Shown here piece after piece: positions 1 through 10,018 of a stretch of 32,000 bases of DNA. This DNA comes from Candidatus Portiera aleyrodidarum. GTDB taxonomy: Bacteria; Pseudomonadota; Gammaproteobacteria; Johnevansiales; Johnevansiaceae. The notes below the pieces were generated by a model. It did not search any database. It was given only the letters and a program-made list of their open reading frames with translations, and was not told the DNA's origin. The first letter of the stretch is position 1. The number at the start of each line of letters is the position of its first letter. Where the stretch lies: the NCBI RefSeq assembly GCF_000953395.1, contig NZ_LN649236.1:240001-272000 (forward strand), written 5' to 3'. Both the position numbers and the translations under genes were made by a program.

Positions 1-131
1 CCATATACACGAACAATGCCATCAAACACATTAAGTATTATTCCTTCCGTTTGCATTTCTAATTTAAACTTAATATTTTTAATTTCTTTTTTTATTATAT
101 TACTAATTTCCGAAAAATTTATTTTGTTCAT
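1..131 (-). CDS. atpA: ATP synthase F1 alpha subunit, N-terminal fragment (gene continues off the left edge)
   Basis: Reverse complement of 1-131 reads MNKINFSEISNIIKKEIKNIKFKLEMQTEGIILNVFDGIVRVYG. This parallels the E. coli AtpA N-terminus (..STEISELIKQRI..EGTIVSVSDGVIRIHG). ATG at 131-129 overlaps the atpH stop as ATGA. Position fits atpBEFHA order. Confidence 0.85.
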   Translation of the reverse strand, partial: MNKINFSEISNIIKKEIKNIKFKLEMQTEGIILNVFDGIVRVY

Positions 132-652
132 AATATATTACCCAAGGTTTGTTTTAATTGATTTAATCTACCAATTATAGAACAATCTATAATAATATTT
201 TTGATTTTTATAATTAAACCACCAATTGTATTTGTTTTAATGTTTATATTGTTTATAAAAATTTTTTTTTGAAATTTTAAACTTAAAATCTTTATTATTT
301 TTTTTTTTTGATTTTTATTTAATATAAAAGCACTAATAATTCTTATATTTAAAATATTATAGTGTTTTAATATTTTTTTTTCATACTTATATAAAATATA
401 ATTTCTTATATGTATTTTATTATTTATTAATAATAAATTAATTATATTTAAACTTTCTTTATCTAAATATTTTTTTATTTTTTTATTACAAATAAAATCT
501 TTAAATCCATTATTTTTTTTATAATAAGTTAAAATAAAATCAATTATTTTTATTCTATTTTTCCATTCATCTAAATCTTTTGATAACACTGATAATTCCC
601 ATATTGCTTTAAAATATGGTTGATTATTTTCTACTTTTTCAGAGATTTTCAT
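128..652 (-). CDS. atpH: ATP synthase F1 delta subunit
   Basis: 174-aa ORF between atpF and atpA. C-terminal block IGGLIIKIKNIIIDCSIIGRLNQLKQTL parallels E. coli AtpH [28 protein letters not shown]. The rest is strongly diverged. ATGA overlaps at both ends. Confidence 0.85.
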   Translation of the reverse strand: MKISEKVENNQPYFKAIWELSVLSKDLDEWKNRIKIIDFILTYYKKNNGFKDFICNKKIKKYLDKESLNIINLLLINNKIHIRNYILYKYEKKILKHYNILNIRIISAFILNKNQKKKIIKILSLKFQKKIFINNINIKTNTIGGLIIKIKNIIIDCSIIGRLNQLKQTLGNIL

Positions 653-1119
653 ATTTGTTTTACTAAGTTTTTAAAAAAATCTTTATTTATATTTATATCT
701 ATGGATTTTTCTAATATTTTTTCTAAACCTATTAAAGATACTTTAATTAGTTGTTCATGTAAATCTTTTTTTCTATTTAACATTTCTTCTTCAAAAAGTT
801 TTTTTCTTTTTTTTATTATAACTTCACTTTCTTTTATTGATATATTTCTTACTTTTTCAAGTATATAATTATAATGTGATTGTGCATTTTCTATTATTAA
901 ATCTGCTTCATTTTTTGCTTTACATAAAATATATTTTGATTCTTTTTTTGCTTTATATAATTCTTTTTTTGCTGTTTTAGCAGCGGTTAAAGCATTATTT
1001 ATTTGTTTTTCTCTTTCTAATATATTGTTTTTTATTGGCGGCCAAATATATTTTTTACAACACCATATTAATATAGCAAAGTTAATAACTTCACCTAAAA
1101 TTGTTAAATTTATATTCAC
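649..1119 (-). CDS. atpF: ATP synthase Fo subunit b
   Basis: 156 aa. MNINLTILGEVINFAILIWCCKKYIWPPI matches E. coli AtpF [29 protein letters not shown]. GTG start at 1119-1117 with TAAGGT (1132-1127) 7 nt upstream. One N-terminal TM followed by a long charged helix. Confidence 0.9.
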   Translation of the reverse strand: MNINLTILGEVINFAILIWCCKKYIWPPIKNNILEREKQINNALTAAKTAKKELYKAKKESKYILCKAKNEADLIIENAQSHYNYILEKVRNISIKESEVIIKKRKKLFEEEMLNRKKDLHEQLIKVSLIGLEKILEKSIDININKDFFKNLVKQI

Positions 1120-1150
1120 ACATATTACCTTAATCTTAATGTAAGTTATT

Positions 1151-4038
<2,888 letters not shown>

Positions 4039-4042
4039 ACCT

Positions 4043-5395
4043 TTATTTACCTATACAAAACTTTGTAAAAAGTTTGTTAAAAAGTTGTTTCTTAATATTA
4101 TATCCAAGAATTTCTTCTAAATATTTTTGTATAATATATAAATTTTCAGATAAATTTTCATTTATATCATTCCCTTTAATATAATAATGAATTATATTAA
4201 TTATTTTGTCTAAATAATAAATTTGACGGTTTTTTATACAAAATAAATTTTCATCCGTTATGTTATTTTGTTTTAAAATTTTATTTTTTATATTTTGTTT
4301 TAATGTTTTTATTCCGTGTTTTGTCTTTGTTGAAATATTAATAATTTTATTATCTTGTGTTATTGCTTTATTTTTTATTAAATCTATTTTATTTCTTATT
4401 ATAAGAACCTTTTGTTTGAAATATTTTTTAAAAATATCTATATTATTTTCTTTATTATCTAATAATATTAAAATTAAATCTGCTTTGTTTAATTCTTCCA
4501 TTGCACGTTTTATTCCAATTTGTTCTATTAAATTGATATTTTTTTCATCTTGTCTTATCCCCGCTGTATCAATCAAACATATCGGGATTCCATATAAAAC
4601 TATATTTACTTTTAATAAATCTCTGGTTGTACCTTTAATATTTGTAATTATTGCATTATCATTTTCCGTTAAAAGATTAAATAAACTTGATTTACCTACA
4701 TTAGGTTTACCTGTTATTACTATTTGTATAGTATTATTCATTAAATACCCTTTAAAAGCTTTTTTTTTTAATAACATTAATAAATAAAATAATTTATTAA
4801 TTTTATTTAATATATTTTTATTTGTTAATTTTTGTTGGATTATTAGTTTTTCTTTAAACTCATTTGGAAAATTTATCATTGCTTCTATATTTATACGTAA
4901 AATTATTATTTCTTTAATTATTTTTTTTATAGTTGTAGAAAAACTACCTTCAAACGAATTTAGAGCTGTTTTTAATGTTACTTTGGAATTGGATTTTATT
5001 ATTTCAATTAAAGACTCCACTTGTATTAAATCTATTTTATTATTTAAAAACGCTCTTTCTGTAAATTCTCCTGGTTTTGCTAATCTAGCACCTAATTTTA
5101 TTATATATTCTAATAATATATCTAAGATTATTGGTCCACCGTGACATTGTAGTTCAAGTATATTTTCTCCTGTGAACGAATTAGGAGATTTAAAAAATAT
5201 TGCTATACCTTTATCTATTATTTTTTTATTTATATCTAAAAAAGGTACATAATATGCATATCTAGATTTAGGTATAAAACCTAAGATTTTTTTGGAAATT
5301 ATATTTACTTTATCATTTCCTGATATTCTAATAATACCAATACTAGAATATCCATATAATGTGGCTTTAGCACAAATAATATCATTTTTATTCAT
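4043..5395 (-). CDS. mnmE: tRNA modification GTPase MnmE (TrmE)
   Basis: 450 aa. G1 [13 protein letters not shown]3 DTAGIR, G4 NKIDL, terminal FCIGK (C-I-G-K motif). ATG at 5395 overlaps the yidC stop by 8 nt (ATGAATAA). Confidence 0.95.
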   Translation of the reverse strand: MNKNDIICAKATLYGYSSIGIIRISGNDKVNIISKKILGFIPKSRYAYYVPFLDINKKIIDKGIAIFFKSPNSFTGENILELQCHGGPIILDILLEYIIKLGARLAKPGEFTERAFLNNKIDLIQVESLIEIIKSNSKVTLKTALNSFEGSFSTTIKKIIKEIIILRINIEAMINFPNEFKEKLIIQQKLTNKNILNKINKLFYLLMLLKKKAFKGYLMNNTIQIVITGKPNVGKSSLFNLLTENDNAIITNIKGTTRDLLKVNIVLYGIPICLIDTAGIRQDEKNINLIEQIGIKRAMEELNKADLILILLDNKENNIDIFKKYFKQKVLIIRNKIDLIKNKAITQDNKIINISTKTKHGIKTLKQNIKNKILKQNNITDENLFCIKNRQIYYLDKIINIIHYYIKGNDINENLSENLYIIQKYLEEILGYNIKKQLFNKLFTKFCIGK

Positions 5396-6017
5396 ATTTT
5401 TTTATAATAAAATATTGTTGTATGATTGATATAATATTATTAGTTATCCAATAAATTAATAAACATGAAGGAAACCATAAAAAAAACAAAGTAAATAATA
5501 TAGGTAAGATTTGTAGTATGTTATTTTTTTTATATTTATTATTTATCTTTTGTTGAAGTAATATAGACAAACCCATTATTATAGGTAAAATAAAATATGG
5601 ATCCATTAACGATAAATCTTGTATCCATAATATAAATGGAGAATTTTTTAATTCTATGGATTTAGTTAAAGTCCAATAGAATGAAATAAAAATAGGTGTT
5701 TGTATAATTATAGGTAAACAACTATTTAATGGATGTATTTTTTCTTTTTTATATATTTTTATTATTTCTTCTGTTATTTTGTTTTTATCTTTTTTATATT
5801 TTTTTTCTATATTATATAATATAGGTTTTAGTTTACGGATTTTTATTATTGTTTTATAAGATATATATGATAATGGTAATAAGATAAACTTTATTACAAT
5901 TGTTAATATTATTATTGAAAAGCCCCAATTTCTAATCAACAAATTAATTTTACAAAGTATCCAATATATAGGTTCATATATAAACCAACAACTACCATAA
6001 TGTATAATTGTGTCCAA
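5388..6017 (-). CDS. yidC: Membrane protein insertase YidC, core-only form (lacks TM1 and periplasmic P1 domain)
   Basis: 209 aa aligning to about the last 220 residues of E. coli YidC. [20 protein letters not shown] ~ [30 protein letters not shown] ~ [21 protein letters not shown] ~ [36 protein letters not shown] ~ [25 protein letters not shown]. Only 19 bp separate its start from the rnpA stop. Confidence 0.9.
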   Translation of the reverse strand: [209 protein letters not shown]

Positions 6018-6036
6018 AATTTTATTCTTTTTTTTA

Positions 6037-6354
6037 TTAAAAATTAATTAGTTTTATTAATAATTTATTTAATAATATATAAATTATTATTTTCATTATA
6101 TATTTTTTTATACATAAAATAATATTTACATTAATCAAATTATATTGAAATAATCTTATATATTCTTTAAATAATCTTTTTAATAAATTACGCTTCACTG
6201 ATTTCTTAAAATTGTTTTTTATATAATACATATATATAAATTTTTTTTTCTTATTTGGAAGAAATCCAATACAAATAAAATGTTTATTAATTAACTTAAA
6301 ATTATAAAACATTTTTATGTTTGTTTTTAATTTTTTATTTATTTTATATTTCAT
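6037..6354 (-). CDS. rnpA: RNase P protein component
   Basis: 105-aa basic ORF immediately downstream of rpmH (TAATG, 1-nt overlap). Block KNNFKKSVKRNLLKRLFKEYIR resembles the E. coli RnpA RNR motif [22 protein letters not shown]. Otherwise diverged, so the call leans on rpmH-rnpA-yidC synteny. Confidence 0.75.
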   Translation of the reverse strand: MKYKINKKLKTNIKMFYNFKLINKHFICIGFLPNKKKKFIYMYYIKNNFKKSVKRNLLKRLFKEYIRLFQYNLINVNIILCIKKYIMKIIIYILLNKLLIKLINF

Positions 6355-6488
6355 TATTTACATATTATATAACGTTTTTTTTTTCTACGATTGGAAAGAA
6401 TTTTTCTTCCATTTTTATTAGACATGCGTTTTCTAAAACCATTAACACGTTTTAATTTCATTTTACTAGGTTGAAAAGTCCGTTTCAT
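6354..6488 (-). CDS. rpmH: 50S ribosomal protein L34
   Basis: Not in the supplied ORF track (44 aa). Hand translation of the reverse strand from ATG 6488-6486 gives [44 protein letters not shown], ending at TAA 6356-6354. E. coli L34 begins [31 protein letters not shown]. Confidence 0.95.
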   Translation of the reverse strand: MKRTFQPSKMKLKRVNGFRKRMSNKNGRKILSNRRKKKRYIICK

Positions 6489-6499
6489 TAATATATAAT

Positions 6500-6505
6500 C
6501 TCCTT
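6500..6505 (-). promoter_or_regulatory. Shine-Dalgarno-like AAGGAG upstream of rpmH
   Basis: Plus-strand ctcctt at 6500-6505 is AAGGAG on the minus strand, 11 nt upstream of the rpmH ATG. It is one of very few clear SD matches in the window. Most genes here (dnaN, gyrB, ilvA, nuoI, nuoN, atpE, atpB) have none. Confidence 0.4.
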
Positions 6506-6543
6506 TAATATATATATATAATATAATTTATTAAATTCATATA

Positions 6544-7686
6544 ATGAAATTTATAATTTATAGAGATCTTTTAATTAAATCACTTACTTTTTTAATAGGA
6601 TTAATAAACAAACATCAAAGCATACCTATTCTTTCTAATATTTTAATTAAAGTTTATAAAAATCGCTTTATAGAAATGATTAGTTCTAATTTAGAAATGG
6701 AATTTAAAAGTAATATATTTATTAATGACAATATTGAAGCAGGTACTACAACTGTATCTGCTATTAAATTAATGTATATATGTAAATCTTTACCAGAAAA
6801 CACACAAATAAATTTTGAAACTATTAATAATAAATTATTTATTTATACTGATAATTCCAAATTTATTTTATCAACTATCAAGTCAAATTTATTTCCAAAA
6901 TTTGATCAAAATAAAAAAAATAATTTAATATTAACAATAAATAAAAATATATTAAAAAACTTAATACAAGTCACTTATTTTTCTATGGCAGAAGAAGATA
7001 TTAGATATTATTTAAATGGTATTTTATTAGAAATAAATAAAACCACTATAAGAACTGTCGCTACAGATGGACATAGATTAGCAGTTTGTTCAAAATATAT
7101 TATAAATAACATGTTTTACGGGTTGAAAAAACTAATTTTACCAAGAAACAGTATTGTTATTTTAATACGTTTATTAAAAGAAGAAGATGAAATAATTAAA
7201 TTAACTATTGGTATAAATTTTTTTCAAATAAAAATAAAAAATTTTATTTTTATTACTAAAAATATTGATGGTCAATTTCCTTCTTATAAAGAAGTTATAC
7301 CTACATTATATACAAATCGCATATTAATCAATAAAAATGAATTACGTTTATCATTAATACGTAGTGCTATCTTTTCAAAAGAAAAAAATAAAAGTATAGT
7401 TTTTAACATTAAACATAAACAATTATATATTAATTCAATCAATTCAGAAAAAGAAATTGTAAAAGAATATATTTCAATAAATTATCATGGTAAGCAAATA
7501 GAAATAGGTTTTAATGTAGATTATTTAATAGATGTATTAAATGTTATAGAAACCAATTATATATATATCTCTTTCTATAATTCAAATAATAGTATTTTAA
7601 TAGAGCCTATTCTAACCAAAAATAATATAATTAATTTTAATAATGAATATAAATATAAATATATTGTAATGCCTATTATTATTTAA
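6544..7686 (+). CDS. dnaN: DNA polymerase III beta sliding clamp
   Basis: 380 aa. RYYLNGILLEINKTTIRTVATDGHRLAVCS ~ E. coli RYYLNGMLFETEGEELRTVATDGHRLAVCS. IDGQFPSYKEVIP ~ VDGRFPDYRRVLP. IEIGFNVDYLIDVLNVI ~ MEIGFNVSYVLDVLNAL. Confidence 0.93.
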   Translation: MKFIIYRDLLIKSLTFLIGLINKHQSIPILSNILIKVYKNRFIEMISSNLEMEFKSNIFINDNIEAGTTTVSAIKLMYICKSLPENTQINFETINNKLFIYTDNSKFILSTIKSNLFPKFDQNKKNNLILTINKNILKNLIQVTYFSMAEEDIRYYLNGILLEINKTTIRTVATDGHRLAVCSKYIINNMFYGLKKLILPRNSIVILIRLLKEEDEIIKLTIGINFFQIKIKNFIFITKNIDGQFPSYKEVIPTLYTNRILINKNELRLSLIRSAIFSKEKNKSIVFNIKHKQLYINSINSEKEIVKEYISINYHGKQIEIGFNVDYLIDVLNVIETNYIYISFYNSNNSILIEPILTKNNIINFNNEYKYKYIVMPIII

Positions 7687-7691
7687 TAACT

Positions 7692-9944
7692 ATGTCAAAT
7701 TATTCATATAACTCATCTAATATAAAAATATTAAAAGGTTTAGACCCTGTTAAAAAAAGACCAGGAATGTATATTGGTAATATAGATGATGGTACTGGTT
7801 TACATCATATGTTTTTTGAAATTATTGATAATTCTATTGATGAATATTTATCTGGTTATTGCAATAAACTTATTATTCATATTATTCATAATAAGATAAT
7901 AACCATTGAAGATAATGGAAGAGGTATACCTATAGATATACATTCGGAAGGAATATCAGCTGCAGAAATAATCATGACTATCTTACATGCCGGAGGTAAA
8001 TTTGATAATAAATCTTATAAAATTTCTGGAGGATTACATGGGGTAGGTTTATCAGTAGTAAACGCTTTATCTGAATATATGAATTTATATATTTATAGAA
8101 ATCATAATATTTATAAACAAATATATTTAAATGGTATACCTTTAAATCCATTAAAAGTTCTTGGAACAACAAAAAAAACAGGTACAAAAATAAGTTTTAA
8201 ACCTTCAAAAAAAGTTTTTATCAATACCCATTTTAATGACAATATTATATATAAAAGATTACAAGAATTATCTTTTTTAAATAATAAATTAAAAATTTTT
8301 TTAATACAAAAAGAAAAAAAAATATTATTGTTTAATGAAGGTGGAATCAAAGCATTTATAATGCTACTTAATAAAAAGAAAAATACCATCTGTCCTATTT
8401 TTTATTTCAAATCCAAAACCAATAATATTTGTATTGAAATAGCAATACAATGGAACAATTCTTATAAAGAAATATTAAAATGTTATACCAATAATATACC
8501 ACAAAACGATGGTGGAACTCATTTACTTGGATTTCGTACAGCATTAACCAAAACCATAAAAAATTATATTGAAAATGAAAAAATAAACAATAAATATAAT
8601 ATCAATAGTGACGATATAAAAGAAGGAATTACAGCAATAATAGCAATAAAAATGCAAAATCCAAAATTTTCTTCACAAACTAAAAACAAATTAATTTCAT
8701 CTGAAATAAAAATAGCAGTAGACAAAGAATTAAATAAAAAATTTTATCATTATTTATTAGAACATCCTAAAGAATCAAAAAACATTATAAATAAAATTAT
8801 TAATTCTGCAAAAATAAGAGATTCATCTCGTAAAGCAAGAGAAATAGCTCGAAAAAGAATTGCTTTAGATATTGCAAAATTACCAGGCAAATTAGCGGAT
8901 TGTCAAGAAAAAAATCCAGACAGAGCTGAATTATATATAGTAGAGGGCGATTCAGCAGGTGGTTCAGCTAAACAAGGTCGAGATCGACGTATACAAGCTA
9001 TTTTACCTTTAAAAGGGAAAATACTTAATGTAGAAAAATCTGGATTTGACAAAATCCTTTTATCAAAGGAAATAGGCACTTTAATAACCGCATTAGGTTG
9101 TGGAATAGGACATAAAGAATTTAATATAAAAAAATTACGTTATCATACAATCATAATAATGACCGACGCGGATGTTGATGGTTCACATATAAGAACCTTA
9201 TTATTAACATTTTTCTTTAGATATATGCCAAAAATTATTGAAAAAGGTTATATATATATAGCAAAACCACCTTTATTTAAAATTAAACATGAAAAAAACG
9301 AAAGATATATAAAAAATGAAAAAGAATTAAATACCCATACAATAAAAATATGTTTAAAAGAAAAAACAATTTTAATTAATGAAAAAAAAATAAATATAAA
9401 AAAATTACTTTTTAAGTATATTCTTATTTATAATCTTTCAAAAAAATTTAAAATAAGTAATTTAAAAAAATTAATGATTGTAAAGAAAATAGAAAAAAAT
9501 TATTTGAATGATAATTTTTATAAACACAAAATAAATGTACATCAGTTAAATAATAAAGAGTTTGTTAAAGCTAACCATTATTTAGTGTTAATCAAATTTA
9601 AAAAACAAATAAATAAATTAAATAATTTTTATAATCCAATTATTTTATTATTAAAAAATCAATTATTTAAAAAGTTTGATAAAATTTATGATTTACTAGA
9701 ATTTATTATAAATAATTTTTTATATAAAAATATTAATATCCAAAGATATAAAGGATTAGGAGAAATGAATCCTAATCAATTATGGGACACTACAATGAAC
9801 CCATTAAAAAGAAGAATGTTCAAAATCAATATTCAAGACATTGTTAAAGCCAATTTAATTTTTAATATATTAATGGGTGATAACGTAAAACCTAGAAGAA
9901 AATTTATCCAAACCAATGCATTAATTGCTACTATTGATATTTAA
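7692..9944 (+). CDS. gyrB: DNA gyrase subunit B
   Basis: 750 aa. GHKL ATPase blocks EIIDNSIDE and GGLHGVG, SSQTKNKL loop, Toprim EGDSAGGSAKQGRDR, PLKGKILNVEK, DADVDGSHI, C-terminal QRYKGLGEMNP. Confidence 0.97.
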   Translation: MSNYSYNSSNIKILKGLDPVKKRPGMYIGNIDDGTGLHHMFFEIIDNSIDEYLSGYCNKLIIHIIHNKIITIEDNGRGIPIDIHSEGISAAEIIMTILHAGGKFDNKSYKISGGLHGVGLSVVNALSEYMNLYIYRNHNIYKQIYLNGIPLNPLKVLGTTKKTGTKISFKPSKKVFINTHFNDNIIYKRLQELSFLNNKLKIFLIQKEKKILLFNEGGIKAFIMLLNKKKNTICPIFYFKSKTNNICIEIAIQWNNSYKEILKCYTNNIPQNDGGTHLLGFRTALTKTIKNYIENEKINNKYNINSDDIKEGITAIIAIKMQNPKFSSQTKNKLISSEIKIAVDKELNKKFYHYLLEHPKESKNIINKIINSAKIRDSSRKAREIARKRIALDIAKLPGKLADCQEKNPDRAELYIVEGDSAGGSAKQGRDRRIQAILPLKGKILNVEKSGFDKILLSKEIGTLITALGCGIGHKEFNIKKLRYHTIIIMTDADVDGSHIRTLLLTFFFRYMPKIIEKGYIYIAKPPLFKIKHEKNERYIKNEKELNTHTIKICLKEKTILINEKKINIKKLLFKYILIYNLSKKFKISNLKKLMIVKKIEKNYLNDNFYKHKINVHQLNNKEFVKANHYLVLIKFKKQINKLNNFYNPIILLLKNQLFKKFDKIYDLLEFIINNFLYKNINIQRYKGLGEMNPNQLWDTTMNPLKRRMFKINIQDIVKANLIFNILMGDNVKPRRKFIQTNALIATIDI

Positions 9945-10018
9945 AGGCCTATAGCTCAATAGGTTAGAGCAAAGGACTCATAATCCTTTGGTTGTAGGTT
10001 CAAGTCCTACTAGGCCTA
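9945..10018 (+). tRNA. tRNA with CAU anticodon, most likely tRNA-Ile2 (lysidine-dependent, AUA-reading) rather than elongator tRNA-Met
   Basis: Hand-folded 74-nt cloverleaf. Acceptor AGGCCTA/TAGGCCT, D arm GCTC-AATAGGTTA-GAGC, anticodon arm AAGGA-CTCATAA-TCCTT, variable TGGTT, T arm GTAGG-TTCAAGT-CCTAC, discriminator A. No encoded CCA. As I recall E. coli ileX, it shares the A1 start, C4-G69/C5-G68, the GACTCATAATC context, a TGGTy variable loop and the TTCAAGT T-loop. E. coli elongator tRNA-Met differs at these positions. Confidence 0.9.

Noticed and set aside
620-868. 82-aa plus-strand ORF overlapping atpH/atpF.
   Set aside because: It is antisense to two well-supported atp genes. The F/L/S/I-rich low-complexity translation is typical of the reverse strand of K/N/E-rich coding DNA in an AT-rich genome. 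No start context or family resemblance.
4260-4787. 175-aa plus-strand ORF, the longest unassigned ORF in the track.
   Set aside because: It lies entirely antisense to the mnmE G-domain region, whose GTPase motifs are intact. The product is poly-F/I/L low complexity. Long antisense ORFs are expected because stop codons on the opposite strand of AAA/AAT/ATT-rich coding sequence are depleted.
6508-6520. (AT)6 run in the rpmH-dnaN spacer as a DNA-unwinding element or origin.
   Set aside because: It is 13 nt of alternating AT in a genome that is mostly A+T, with no DnaA boxes, no 13-mer repeats and no GATC clusters nearby. Not distinguishable from background.
7978-8389. Two minus-strand ORFs (69 and 92 aa) inside gyrB.
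   Set aside because: They are antisense to the conserved GyrB ATPase and transducer region, are low complexity, and show no independent support.
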